Program-made: the position numbers and the translations under genes
Part shown: in pieces, positions 1 to 9,731 of the stretch
Numbering within the stretch: position 1 is the first letter of the stretch
Layout: the number at the start of each line of letters is the position of its first letter
The notes under the pieces: model-generated
Told to the model about the DNA's origin: nothing
Seen by the model: the letters and a program-made list of their open reading frames with translations, nothing else
Databases searched by the model: none
From: Elusimicrobiota bacterium
GTDB taxonomy: Bacteria > Elusimicrobiota > Elusimicrobia > UBA1565 > UBA9628
Reading direction: 5' to 3'
Length of the DNA stretch: 36,085 bases
Assembly (NCBI GenBank): GCA_028865585.1
Contig: JAGWJU010000002.1
Coordinates: 1-36,085, forward strand

Positions 1-67
1 GGGGGGAATATGTAGCGGAGGAAATTCCGGGTAGGCAAGCGCGCCGTGATGCGCTACAATAACCGCC

Positions 68-1459
68 TTGTTAGACTTGGCCATCTTCGTCGTTTACCTG
101 GCCCTCGTGGCCGGCCTGGAGTGGGCCGGCGCGCGCAAGCGGCGGCGCGGCCTGGGCGACTACGTCCTGGCGGGGCGCACGCTGACGCTCCCGGTCTTCG
201 TCGCCACCTTGGTCCCGTCCTTCTACGGCGGAGTGCTGGGCATCGGCGAATTCACCTGGACCCACGGCCTCTCCAACTGGCTGGTCATGGCCTTGCCCTA
301 CTACGTCTTCGCGGCCGTTTACGCCCTGTTCCTGGCCGGGCGCATCCGCTTGAAGCCCGGCCTCACCATCGCCGATCACGTGGAGAGCGCCTACGGCGCC
401 GCCTTCGCGGTCTTCGCGGCGCTCCTGGTCTTCGTGCTCTCCTCGCCCGCGGACGAGTTCGTGATGATCGGCACCCTCCTGTCCTATTTCTTCGGCATGG
501 CCTTGAAGCCCGCCATGGCGCTGGGCGCCGTGGTCTCGCTTCTCTTCATGCTTAAAGGAGGGCTGCGCTCGGACGTCTGGGCCAATGCCTTGCAGTTCCT
601 TTTGGTCCTGGTCGGCTTCGCGGTCCTTTTCCCGTTCGCCATTTCGCGCGTGGGCGCCCCCTCGCATCTGGCCGCGCTGCTGCCTCCGGGACACCTGAGT
701 TTGACCGGCGGACTTTCGGTTTGGCAGATTCTGGGATGGTGGATCATCGCGGCGTGGACCATCGTCGATCCGATCTTCCACCAGCGAGCGGCCGCGGCCG
801 GCAGCCCCGCGGTGGCCCGGCGCGGCATCCTGCTTTGCATCCCCTTTTGGATGGCCATCGATCTGATGACCACGGCCGCGGGCCTCTACGCCCGCGCCGC
901 GGTGCCGCACTTAAGCCATCCGCTCATGGCCTACCCCAAGCTGGCCGACCTGGTCCTCCCGCCGGGATTCCGCGCGCTCTTTTTCTGCGGCATGGCTTCC
1001 TCCGTGCTGGCGGGGCTCCAGGGCCGCATCCTGCAGTCGGCCATCAGCCTCGGCAAGGACGCGCTGGGCCGGGCCTTCAAGGCGACGGACGCGGCCGAGG
1101 AGAAGCTCACCATGATCGCCATGGTCGCCAGCGCCCTGCTGGGCTACGCTTTGGCCGTGTGGATCCCCTCGGTGGTGGGGTTGTGGTACGCGCTGGGCTC
1201 GGCGGTCATTCCCGCGCTTTTGTGGCCGCTGGTCAGCGCCTACTACCCGCGCCTGAGGCCCTCGCGGGCCTTCGCCTTCGCCGCGTCCATAGGCGCCTGC
1301 GCGATTTCCTTCCTCTGGGTCGGCGCCAGCCACGCCATCCATCACCCGCTCTTGGGCCTAAACCCGATGTTCCCGGGGCTGGCCTACTCCATGCTGATCT
1401 GGGGGCTGGGACTCTGGATCGCGCCGCAGGCGCTGGCGAAAAATCTCAGCGTGACCTGA
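68..1459 (+). CDS. Sodium:solute symporter (SSF) family membrane transporter, substrate unknown
   Basis: 463-aa ORF with TTG start, hydrophobic multi-TM throughout. The N-terminal block 'GDYVLAGRTLTLPVFVATLVPSFYGG' resembles the SSF N-terminal region. Its 3' end converges with the next gene, overlapping by 14 nt. Confidence 0.7.
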   Translation: MLDLAIFVVYLALVAGLEWAGARKRRRGLGDYVLAGRTLTLPVFVATLVPSFYGGVLGIGEFTWTHGLSNWLVMALPYYVFAAVYALFLAGRIRLKPGLTIADHVESAYGAAFAVFAALLVFVLSSPADEFVMIGTLLSYFFGMALKPAMALGAVVSLLFMLKGGLRSDVWANALQFLLVLVGFAVLFPFAISRVGAPSHLAALLPPGHLSLTGGLSVWQILGWWIIAAWTIVDPIFHQRAAAAGSPAVARRGILLCIPFWMAIDLMTTAAGLYARAAVPHLSHPLMAYPKLADLVLPPGFRALFFCGMASSVLAGLQGRILQSAISLGKDALGRAFKATDAAEEKLTMIAMVASALLGYALAVWIPSVVGLWYALGSAVIPALLWPLVSAYYPRLRPSRAFAFAASIGACAISFLWVGASHAIHHPLLGLNPMFPGLAYSMLIWGLGLWIAPQALAKNLSVT

Positions 1460-2606
1460 GAGCGGCGCCCACGCGGCGCTCAAGGGCGCCCGAGGACAGC
1501 CAGCCGCCGCGGCTCCAGAGAATGCGTCCGGACGGCGAGGTCAGCGCGAACCACGGCATGTCCTCCACGCCGTAGCCCTCGGCCAAACGCCCGCGCGCGT
1601 CCTCCACTAAGGGAACGCGCAAACCTGACGCCAAACGCGCCAGGCGGGCGCGCGCCGCGGACCCCAACGCTTCAGTTGCGCGCTCGTCGATCGCAACCGG
1701 AGCAGGCCAACCGCGCCGCCGGGCTTGCGTTGAGTAATGCTCAAGGATGGAGAGTTCCTTGGGGAGATTCGCGTCCTCGTCCAGCCACGAGGCGAAAAAC
1801 AAAAGCAAGTGCGGATGGCCAGCTCCGAAATCGACGAAATGCCCGGGCGCGCCCACGGCGGGCAGCCGCTCGGATTGCTCCGGCTTCATCGCGGGAATAG
1901 GCGCCAAAGAAACCGCGTTTTGAACCGTGGGGCGCCCGGGCAGGATGCGGGCGATGCCGTCGGCGAGAATTTGGGCCTGCTGGACGACGCCTTCGTAACT
2001 CATCCGGTCGGAATAGATCGCGCGCTCGCGGCCATCCGGCCCGATAAGGAAGATGATGGGCTGATGATCGATGTCGCCGTGAATCGCGGCCACGTAGACG
2101 TGGTAGGCGCGCCAAACGCGCTTTAGCCGCGCCGGGCGTCCGGTCAAAAACCGCCAGCGGCCCCGCATCCCATGGGCGCGCGTGTAGGCCGCCACGTCGC
2201 TAATCTTGGTCGCCGAAGGGTTGGCGTTGATGCCGACAATCTGGACTCGCGCGGCCGCGGGCCCCAAGAAACGCAGAGCCTCCGTCATGCTCTGCGTCAT
2301 CAAAGGGCAGATGCTGGTGCAGTGGGAATCGATGAAGGCGAGCATAACGGCCTTGCCGCGAAACTGCGATAGAGAAACGACCCGCCCGTTTTGATCGCGA
2401 AGCTTAAAGTTCGGAGCCGGCAGGCTGCCGGCCGGACTTCCCAAATCGATGTCCTTGTTGGCCCAAGCCTCCGCCGAGTTTCTCGGCTGCGGCAGGGGTT
2501 TCGGCGCAGAGCGAAAGGCTCTGAAGGCCGCGGCGGCCGCGAGAAGAGCGACGACGGCGGCGGCCGAGGGGAGATAGCGCTTTGGGCTCCGCGAGGATTG
2601 ATTCAT
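1446..2606 (-). CDS. SCO1/SenC-type copper chaperone / thiol-disulfide protein with a second, Cys-less thioredoxin-like domain; N-terminal membrane anchor
   Basis: ATG at 2606. Signal/anchor 'AAAVVALLAAAAAF'. Domain 1 has 'FIDSHCTSICP' (CxxxC) and a later 'DHQP' His, as in SCO proteins. Domain 2 has 'LLLFFASWLDED' where redoxins carry W-C-x-x-C. Confidence 0.75.
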   Translation of the reverse strand: MNQSSRSPKRYLPSAAAVVALLAAAAAFRAFRSAPKPLPQPRNSAEAWANKDIDLGSPAGSLPAPNFKLRDQNGRVVSLSQFRGKAVMLAFIDSHCTSICPLMTQSMTEALRFLGPAAARVQIVGINANPSATKISDVAAYTRAHGMRGRWRFLTGRPARLKRVWRAYHVYVAAIHGDIDHQPIIFLIGPDGRERAIYSDRMSYEGVVQQAQILADGIARILPGRPTVQNAVSLAPIPAMKPEQSERLPAVGAPGHFVDFGAGHPHLLLFFASWLDEDANLPKELSILEHYSTQARRRGWPAPVAIDERATEALGSAARARLARLASGLRVPLVEDARGRLAEGYGVEDMPWFALTSPSGRILWSRGGWLSSGALERRVGAALRSR

Positions 2607-2729
2607 GGAGTTATCCTGCCAATTCTAAAAATCATAACGCAAGCCGGCTCCGAATCCGTCGCCAAGCGGGCGCCCAGGCGCGAAAAACGCCCCCTGGCAA
2701 AAGGGGGGAACTTCGCTTATACTTCTTGC

Positions 2730-5699
2730 GTGACTCTCTTCGGCGCGATTTTGCTCTTGGCTGCTTGCGGCCCCCTGGCCCCGCCCGCTTCGGCCGGCCA
2801 AGCGCCCGCCACCGCGCTGCAGCTGTCGGAACTCAAGCGGGCGGCTTTTGCCGCCGGGATTAAATGGACGACGCTCATAAAAAACGGTCCCGGCGGCGAG
2901 ATATTTCTCACGCAAAAAGGCGCCGGCCTCATTGAGCGCTACGAGAAAAAGCATTCCCTCTCCGGGCCATTCTCCCGCGGCGCGCGCCCGACCCCGATCG
3001 GGAAACTCGAGAATCTCGCCTTGCAGAAACCCACGGCGGAGAACCTCTCCAGCTTTTACGACGGCGGCGTCGCGGGAGCGGGGGACTCAGGAAAGAAACC
3101 GACTTACGACATCAGCCTCGTCAACGGCTATCCCAGCGTCTCGTTCAATCAAAAGCACGCCTCGGAGCAGTTCGGCTACCTCTTCGCAGACGGCCTGAGT
3201 CCCTACGCCGCTCCAAGCCCCTACGCCAACGTCCGCCTCGGCGCGGACGGCTACGGCCGGGTCGATTACCACGTCAGGGGAACGCTCGGCCTCGTCCGCG
3301 TTTCGGCGGACTATCCGGTCGGCCCGCCGCTGCCGGCGCAAGGCCTCGAGAATTTCCTCGGCTCCGGCGCGGACCAATATCTCCGCTACGGCAACGCGCC
3401 TCAAAGCGCCGACGTGGTCGTCGCCAGCCTGGACGCCGCCGTAGGCCGCGCCTACAAAACCGGCCCGCTCGCCCTTTTCTGGGGATTCAACACGGCGAAC
3501 AAATTCGAATACGCCCTGCTCAACTCCGGAATAGCCGGAACCGGCGGCGTTGAGCTTCCCTTGCCGGGCGGCCGGAGCCTGCAGGCCTACATCGGCGAGT
3601 CGAGGGACTACGCCATGGTGAACCCCGACGCCGTTCAATCCTTCGTCTTTCATCAGGGGAACGGAGCTCCGGTCGGGATTTTTACCGGCAAGGAGCGTTC
3701 CGTCGGCATCGCCTACGTGGATCCCTCCGACGGCCTGGCCGCTCTGGTTTCCCATGGCGGCGGCACGTCGCTCGCCTCCGAGAACGCCCAGGTCTCCCTG
3801 ACCAAGGGGCGGTTCACCCTGGGCGCAAGCGTCGAAAAGAAGGCGGGCAGAGGAATCGAGTACGGCGAAACCGACGAGACCGGACAAGCGGGCTATCGCC
3901 TGGGCCGCGATACCGTCGTGTCCATCGGATACCAGTCCGACAAGCTGCAGTACGGCAATGCCGTCGTGAACGCGAAGGGCTGGTTCGCCAGGCTCAGCAC
4001 CATGTTCGGCCCGGCGGCCCGCATTTCAGCCGAACAGTTCTTCGGCGCCCAATCCCAATCGACGCTCCAAGACAAAGCGACCGGCGCCTTCATCGGCTTC
4101 TCCTCGGCGGCGGGCGGCGCGCTCGCTCGGGTGCAGAGCCTCATTGATCATCTGGCCTCGAACCTCCAATCGCAAGAACTCACGCCAGATCAGCTCCGGC
4201 AGGACATCATCGGCATCTCCGACGCAGTCGGCGGCAGCCCCGAGCTTGCCGCGCAAATCGTTGCGGCCGCCCGGCAGGCGCGCCTCAGCGGAGATCAGGA
4301 GAAAATTCTCTCCGGCATACTGCTCGCCGGCGTTCCTCCGGACAATCCATACTATCTTTCCGTCAGCCGCGTCCTGGGCCGACCCGTCCCGCTCTCCTCG
4401 CTGGTTTCAAACCTGCTCGCGCTGCAGGGGAACCTATTCCTTCCCGTGCAGCAGGCCGTCGGGAATCTGGCCCTCCATAAAAACGATCTTGAACGGACTT
4501 TGAAAACGCTCCGGAATCAGACCCTGTGGCAAAACGCCGTGGCCGATGCGACCCGCACCATGATCTTCAACTCCTTGGGCGATTTGAACGAAACCGTGAA
4601 CGTCCTGGGCCGCCCCGTGGCGCTGAAGCTCGATGCCCCGACGCTGATTCCGCTGGCCGGCATCGCCATCAACGCCGGAGTAACGCCCCTCGCGCCGATC
4701 ACGCCCGAGCAGACGGCGCAGTGGATTCTGCAAAAAGCCGCGGGCAGCCTCGGAATTGCTCCGGGAAACGCGAGCGCGCAGGCCGTTTCCGACGCCTTCT
4801 TCGCCCAGGCGCAGCAGCAGCTGGCCCAAATGATAAGCCGGGACGGCTCCGCGGGCGCCTTAAACCCCGCCGCTCTCGCGGATCAAATCCAGCGCAGCCT
4901 CCCGCCGCCTCTGGCGGACTACCTTAGGCGGAAATACGGCGCCGGCCTTTCCAAGTACATCACCGCCCTGTCGCAAGAACCCCAGGAATTAGCCTCCCGG
5001 CTCATCTCCCAAATCAAAAGCGCGGAAGGGGCCCAAGTGACGTCCGCCGTCAACAACGGCTTCGCCGCGGCCGGAGAAATCATCAGCCGGCAGGTAAACC
5101 AAATTCTGGCGACCTCCGCGCAGGAGGCCAAAGAGTTCGACAAGCTTACGGCCGACGGCGGAGCCCCGGCGGACGTCCAGGGGATGGAGGCGGCAATGGA
5201 CTCCTTCGCCCGCTTAAACGGGCAGGGAAAAAAGACGACCGAAAACTTAACGGACGCCATCTCCGGACAGACCCGAACGAGCGTCGCGGCGCTCGCGTTG
5301 CGGCAGGCTCAAGAGCAGATAACCGCCAGCCGCGCCGACGTGCGGAGCATGCAGGCGTCTCCGCAGGACTGGCCCTCTTCCCTCACGGTCTCGGTCGATC
5401 CTCGATTGGCGGCTTATTACGGGAGGGACGGCATTCACAGACTGGTTCAAGGCTTGGCCGACATCTACCGCTCCCTGGGCAGCGTGAAAAAACTGAACAT
5501 TTCCGTCATGCCGGGTTCCTACATGAGGAGCGTGGGAACCTGGAACCAAGAGATCGACCTCCCCGCGCCCGCGAGCCCGGACGACGCTTCCGGCAAAATC
5601 GACGCCATGCTCGGGGCGGAGAAATGCCTCCTCGCCCCTGACTCGCCGGAATGCGGGAATGCCGCCGCGGCGCCGGCGCAAACGCGCCCAGGGCGCTAA
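2730..5699 (+). CDS. Large (~990 aa) secreted lipoprotein, unknown function
   Basis: The ORF-track frame opens at 2391, but 2391-2606 overlaps the convincing minus-strand SCO gene. In-frame GTG at 2730 gives 'VTLFGAILLLAAC', a short signal with an L-A-A-C lipobox. N-terminal half is beta-rich and Gly/Tyr-rich; C-terminal half is Ala/Gln-rich and helical. I recognise no family. Confidence 0.55.
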   Translation: MTLFGAILLLAACGPLAPPASAGQAPATALQLSELKRAAFAAGIKWTTLIKNGPGGEIFLTQKGAGLIERYEKKHSLSGPFSRGARPTPIGKLENLALQKPTAENLSSFYDGGVAGAGDSGKKPTYDISLVNGYPSVSFNQKHASEQFGYLFADGLSPYAAPSPYANVRLGADGYGRVDYHVRGTLGLVRVSADYPVGPPLPAQGLENFLGSGADQYLRYGNAPQSADVVVASLDAAVGRAYKTGPLALFWGFNTANKFEYALLNSGIAGTGGVELPLPGGRSLQAYIGESRDYAMVNPDAVQSFVFHQGNGAPVGIFTGKERSVGIAYVDPSDGLAALVSHGGGTSLASENAQVSLTKGRFTLGASVEKKAGRGIEYGETDETGQAGYRLGRDTVVSIGYQSDKLQYGNAVVNAKGWFARLSTMFGPAARISAEQFFGAQSQSTLQDKATGAFIGFSSAAGGALARVQSLIDHLASNLQSQELTPDQLRQDIIGISDAVGGSPELAAQIVAAARQARLSGDQEKILSGILLAGVPPDNPYYLSVSRVLGRPVPLSSLVSNLLALQGNLFLPVQQAVGNLALHKNDLERTLKTLRNQTLWQNAVADATRTMIFNSLGDLNETVNVLGRPVALKLDAPTLIPLAGIAINAGVTPLAPITPEQTAQWILQKAAGSLGIAPGNASAQAVSDAFFAQAQQQLAQMISRDGSAGALNPAALADQIQRSLPPPLADYLRRKYGAGLSKYITALSQEPQELASRLISQIKSAEGAQVTSAVNNGFAAAGEIISRQVNQILATSAQEAKEFDKLTADGGAPADVQGMEAAMDSFARLNGQGKKTTENLTDAISGQTRTSVAALALRQAQEQITASRADVRSMQASPQDWPSSLTVSVDPRLAAYYGRDGIHRLVQGLADIYRSLGSVKKLNISVMPGSYMRSVGTWNQEIDLPAPASPDDASGKIDAMLGAEKCLLAPDSPECGNAAAAPAQTRPGR

Positions 5700-5772
5700 A
5701 CCTTGCCAGCGCATAAATGGCGTCGGCACTCCTGCCCTACGCGGGGAGGAGGAAAATGGGAGTGAACCCTCT

Positions 5773-5792
5773 CTCCGGGCTAAAGCCCGGAG
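5773..5792. terminator. Hairpin between convergent genes (possible bidirectional terminator)
   Basis: CTCCGGGC-taaa-GCCCGGAG, a perfect 8-bp stem. It lies between the lipoprotein stop (5699) and the DabA-like fragment stop (5831). No clear U-tract on either strand. Confidence 0.35.
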
Positions 5793-5830
5793 CTTCGGGT
5801 CCTCGGCCTGCTCTGGTCGTCGTCCCTTGC

Positions 5831-6160
5831 TCACGGATGTATTTCCTGATCATCTATTTTCTCGGCCTCCGGGCCGAGATCCTCCAGCAGAGCCCGGCGC
5901 AAATCGCGGTCCAGAATACGGCCCCCATGAAACTCCTCGCGATATGCCTCTTCGGCCAGAAACGGCTCGCAGCCGAGCTTGCCGCCCGCGGAAATGACCG
6001 CCTGCTCGAAATCCCGGGATTCGAAAGCGTGAAGAGTGTTGTGATGGACGAAAATGCCGATGGGGCCTTGGGCGGGCAACAGCTCTGCCAGACGATCAAC
6101 GACTGACTGTAAATGCGGACGCGAAGCCGGGACGGCCTCATCCGCGAACGGCTGGTTCAT
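5831..6160 (-). pseudogene. N-terminal fragment (~109 aa) of a DabA/DUF2309 (UPF0753) inorganic-carbon-pump subunit
   Basis: 'LPAQGPIGIFVHHNTLHAFESRDFEQAV...GRILDRDL' matches my memory of the conserved N-terminus of DUF2309 proteins, which are ~800-1000 aa. The frame stops after 109 codons. No continuation is visible in other frames and there is no DabB/NuoL-like partner. Confidence 0.45.
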
Positions 6161-6187
6161 CTTTTCGGATGCGGCGCTGTCCGCCGC

Positions 6188-6442
6188 TTACGGCCTCCCA
6201 AGCCGGGCGAAAATCATGCGGCTCTCCTCCATTCGCTTCCTCAGGATTTGCGCGATGGGACGGAGAACCCGGAAAATCTCGCGGTCGCGGATGGAATACA
6301 AAACGGCGGATTTGCGTTTGCGCGAAACCACGATGCCCGCGCGGCGCAAGATGGCGAGGTGTTTGGAAAGGCTCGACTGCTCGACTTGCAGGCGTTCCGC
6401 CATGCGGCCGACGGCCTCGAAATGTTTAGGCGCCTCGTACAA
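6188..6442 (-). CDS. ArsR/SmtB-family winged-helix regulator, N-terminally short (possible remnant)
   Basis: 'VGRMAERLQVEQSSLSKHLAILRRAGIVVSRKRKSAVLYSIRD' is the HTH plus beta-wing of ArsR/SmtB. TTG start. An in-frame stop 9 codons upstream caps the ORF, so the usual alpha1 helix ('L..LadptRl.IL') cannot be encoded. Overlaps the cusA 3' end by 17 nt. Confidence 0.55.
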   Translation of the reverse strand: MYEAPKHFEAVGRMAERLQVEQSSLSKHLAILRRAGIVVSRKRKSAVLYSIRDREIFRVLRPIAQILRKRMEESRMIFARLGRP

Positions 6443-9400
6443 TCGAGCCGCGCACCCTGCCTTCCTTCATTTCCCAACGCCATTTCCAAATCGTATAGAC
6501 GGCCGGGTAAATCAAAAGCTCCATGATGAACGAAGTGAAGATGCCGCCGACCATCGGCGCGGCGATGCGCTTCATGACATCGGCGCCGGCTTCGTAGGCG
6601 GGCGCCCACATGACGGGCAAAAGCCCCATGAAGAGGCAAAGCACCGTCATCATCTTTGGCCGCACGCGCTTGACCGCACCGTGCATCACGGCCTCCTCCA
6701 AATCGGCGAGCGTCCGCATTTTGCCCTTGTTTTTCCATTCCTCATAGGCCAAATCAAGATAGAGCAGCATCACCACGCCGGTTTCGGCGTCGACACCCGC
6801 CAAGGCGATGATGCCGACCCAGACCGCAACGGACATGTTGTAGCCCAACATATAGAGCAGCCAAACCGCCCCAACCAAGGAAAAGGGCACGGCCAGAAAC
6901 ACGATGCCGGTTTTTACCACGGAGCCGGTGTTGACGTAGAGCAGCACGAAAATAATGAATAGGGTCAACGGCAGGATCAGCATGATCCGTTTGCGGGCGC
7001 GCTGCATGTACTGGTACTGGCCGCTCCATTTAAGGTAATAGCCTGGCGGAATCGTCACCTCCTTGGCGATAAGAGCTTTGGCCTTTTCTACGTAGCCACC
7101 GACGTCTTGCCCTGGCATGAGGTCCACATAGACCCAGCCGGTGAGCATGGCATCTTCATCGGTGATGGACGGCGGCCCCATTACTAGCTTGATGTCGGCC
7201 AACTGCCCAATGGGCACTTGGGCGCCGGTGGGCGCCGCGACCAGCACGCGCCGCAGCAGTTCTGGATCCCGGCGCAGGTCCTGCGGATAGCGGATGTTGA
7301 CGGGGTAGCGCTCCCGGCCCTCCACCGTCGTTGTGACGTTCTCTCCGCCGATAGCTGTCTCGATGACGTCCTCCACGTCCTCAACCGTCAGCCCGTAGCG
7401 GGCCGCCTCTTCCCGCCGCACCTTGAAGTCAATGAAATATCCGCCCTCGGTGCGCTGGGCGAAGGCGCTGCGCGTACCTGGCTCCTTGCGTAGCACGCCC
7501 TCGATGTCCTCACCGATCTTCTGGATTTGAGAGAGGTCGGGCCCAAAAATCTTAATGCCGACAGGCGTGCGGATGCCCGTCGTGGTCATGTCCACGCGCG
7601 CTTTGATGGGCATGGTCCAGACATTCGATGTGCCGGGAAGCTGGAGCGCTTGGTCCATCATCGAAACGAGATCATCCCAACTCGGCCGTCTCTTTTCGGG
7701 CCAGAAAAATCCCAGAAACGGCTTGAGCCATTGGGGCGCCCAGGAACTATACCAGCACGCATGAAACGTTTCCGGCCAATCCTGCTGGGGCTTTAATTCA
7801 ACCGTGGTATCGACCATCTCCAGGGGAGCGTTATCCGTTGCGGTGCGGGCGCGGCCGACGGTGCCGAAGACCCTTTTGACCTCGGGAAAGCTCTTTAAAA
7901 TCTCGTCTTGATGCTGGAGCCAGACCTTCGCCGCCTCGATGGAAATTCCGGGCAAGGTCGTGGGCATGTAAAGGAGGTCACCCTCGTTCAGGTTGGGCAT
8001 GAACTCCGAGCCAAGGCGCAGATAAATCGGAATCGTGGCCACGATGAGCAGCGCGGCCAAAACGATCGCGGCGCGGCGACGGGCCAGCACAAAGCGCAAG
8101 GCCGGATCATAAACGCGAAACAGCGCGCGGCTGACGGGGTGCTCCTCCTCCGAATAGATTTTTCCAGCCCAGAAAAAATTAACGATGCGGCTAAGTATCC
8201 GGGATTTGAACTTGAGTTCCCGCGCAGGCTTCAAGAAAATCTGCATCAAGACCGGAACCAGAGTCACGGCCAAAAACGCCGCGAAGAACATAGAGAAGGT
8301 CTTCGTGTAGGCCAGGGGCTTGAAGAGCCGTCCTTCCTGCGCTTGGAGGGTGAAGATGGGCAGAAAGCTAACCGCGATGACCAAGAGCGAGAAGAAGAGC
8401 GGTCGGCCAACTTCCTTGGTAGCCTCCAGAATCACGTCTTGCAGGGGCTTGGCCCCTCCCGACTGCTCCGAAAGCTCCAAATGCTTTTGGGCGTTCTCGA
8501 CCATGATCACGGCGGCGTCGACCATGGCGCCGATGGCGATGGCGATGCCGCCCAAGGACATGATGTTGGCACCCAGATTCATGTAGGTCATGGGAATAAA
8601 AGCCATGAGCGCCGCGAGCGGGAGGGTCAGCACCGGGATCAACGCGCTGCGGAAATGCCACAAAAAAATGATGATGACGAGGCTGACGATAATCATTTCC
8701 TCGATAAGTTTGTCGCGCAAAGTGGCGATGGAGCGTTTGACCAGGCTTGAGCGATCGTAGACAGGCACGAGCTCGACGCCTGGCGGAAAGGCGCTTTTGA
8801 CCTCAGCGATTTTAGCCTTGACCGCGTTGATGACCTTCAGGGCGTTTTCCCCGTAACGCATCACCACGATGCCGCCCACGGTTTCCCCTTGGCCGTCAAG
8901 CTCGGCCACGCCCCTGCGCGGCGCGGGGCCGTAGCGCACGTAGCCTATATCCTTGATGAGAATAGGTGCGCCGTTCTTGTCCACGCCGACCGGGACGTTC
9001 TCCAGATCCGCCAGATTCTTGACGTAACCCCGCCCGCGCACCATATACTCGTGCTCGCTCATCTCCACCACGCCGCCGCCCACGTCGTTGTTGGAGCGGC
9101 GCACGGCCGCGATGACGTTTTTGAGCGGAATGCGGTAGGCCAAGAGCGCTTCCGGATCGATCACGATCTGGTATTGCTTGACGTAGCCGCCGATCGAGGC
9201 GACCTCCGCCACTCCGGGAACGCTCTCAAGCCAGTAACGCAGGGACCAATCCTGGAAGGCGCGCAAATCGGCCAAGCTGTGCCGCCCGGATTTGTCCACC
9301 AGCGCGTATTCGTAGACCCAGCCGGCTCCGGTCGCATCAGGCCCCAGGTATGGGTCGACGCCTCCGGGCAACTCGCCCTTGATTTTGGAGAGATACTCCA

Positions 9401-9731
9401 AGGTGCGCGAGCGTGCCCAATATAGATCCGTTCCATCCTGAAAAATGATGTAGACGAAGGACAGACCGAAGAAGGAGTATCCGCGCACGACCTTGACCTT
9501 GGGCGCGCCAAGCATGGCCGTGACGATGGGGTAGGTGATCTGGTCCTCGACCAAATTCGGCGAGCGGCCCGGCCACTCCGTGAAAACGATGGTCTGCACG
9601 TCCGAGAGATCGGGGATGGCGTCCAAGGGGATTTTTTTCAAGGCATAAATACCCCAGACAATGGCAAAAACCAAGCCCAAGAAAACGAAGAAGCGGTTCT
9701 TCGCGCACCAGTCGATAAGGCCGTTAATCAT
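6426..9731 (-). CDS. cusA: Heavy-metal efflux RND pump, CusA type (Cu(I)/Ag(I))
   Basis: 'MINGLIDWCAKNRFFVFLG...IPLDAIPDLSDVQTIVFTEWPGRSPNLVEDQITYP' is a classic CusA/CzcA N-terminus. ATG at 9731 overlaps the cusB stop by 8 nt; the track start at 9776 is probably an extension. The motifs 'LLYMPTT', 'PLEMVDTT' and 'VDMTTTG' match, from memory, the three-Met Cu(I) site of E. coli CusA. Confidence 0.93.
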   Translation of the reverse strand: MINGLIDWCAKNRFFVFLGLVFAIVWGIYALKKIPLDAIPDLSDVQTIVFTEWPGRSPNLVEDQITYPIVTAMLGAPKVKVVRGYSFFGLSFVYIIFQDGTDLYWARSRTLEYLSKIKGELPGGVDPYLGPDATGAGWVYEYALVDKSGRHSLADLRAFQDWSLRYWLESVPGVAEVASIGGYVKQYQIVIDPEALLAYRIPLKNVIAAVRRSNNDVGGGVVEMSEHEYMVRGRGYVKNLADLENVPVGVDKNGAPILIKDIGYVRYGPAPRRGVAELDGQGETVGGIVVMRYGENALKVINAVKAKIAEVKSAFPPGVELVPVYDRSSLVKRSIATLRDKLIEEMIIVSLVIIIFLWHFRSALIPVLTLPLAALMAFIPMTYMNLGANIMSLGGIAIAIGAMVDAAVIMVENAQKHLELSEQSGGAKPLQDVILEATKEVGRPLFFSLLVIAVSFLPIFTLQAQEGRLFKPLAYTKTFSMFFAAFLAVTLVPVLMQIFLKPARELKFKSRILSRIVNFFWAGKIYSEEEHPVSRALFRVYDPALRFVLARRRAAIVLAALLIVATIPIYLRLGSEFMPNLNEGDLLYMPTTLPGISIEAAKVWLQHQDEILKSFPEVKRVFGTVGRARTATDNAPLEMVDTTVELKPQQDWPETFHACWYSSWAPQWLKPFLGFFWPEKRRPSWDDLVSMMDQALQLPGTSNVWTMPIKARVDMTTTGIRTPVGIKIFGPDLSQIQKIGEDIEGVLRKEPGTRSAFAQRTEGGYFIDFKVRREEAARYGLTVEDVEDVIETAIGGENVTTTVEGRERYPVNIRYPQDLRRDPELLRRVLVAAPTGAQVPIGQLADIKLVMGPPSITDEDAMLTGWVYVDLMPGQDVGGYVEKAKALIAKEVTIPPGYYLKWSGQYQYMQRARKRIMLILPLTLFIIFVLLYVNTGSVVKTGIVFLAVPFSLVGAVWLLYMLGYNMSVAVWVGIIALAGVDAETGVVMLLYLDLAYEEWKNKGKMRTLADLEEAVMHGAVKRVRPKMMTVLCLFMGLLPVMWAPAYEAGADVMKRIAAPMVGGIFTSFIMELLIYPAVYTIWKWRWEMKEGRVRGSIVRGA

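Noticed and set aside
32-60. TAGGCA-N17-TACAAT upstream of the SSF transporter as a sigma70-type promoter.
   Set aside because: The -35 is weak and the -10 ends only 7 nt before the TTG start, which would imply a leaderless mRNA. The window edge prevents evaluating alternatives.
2391-2729. 5' extensions of track ORFs: 2391, 9776, 15074, 18414, 20696, 22958, 25094, 28971, 29947, 30846, 33388 and 35605.
   Set aside because: The extended parts overlap the preceding well-supported gene and translate to Arg/Gly-rich junk. Internal starts with SD sequences or ATGA/TAATG coupling give N-termini that match the family.
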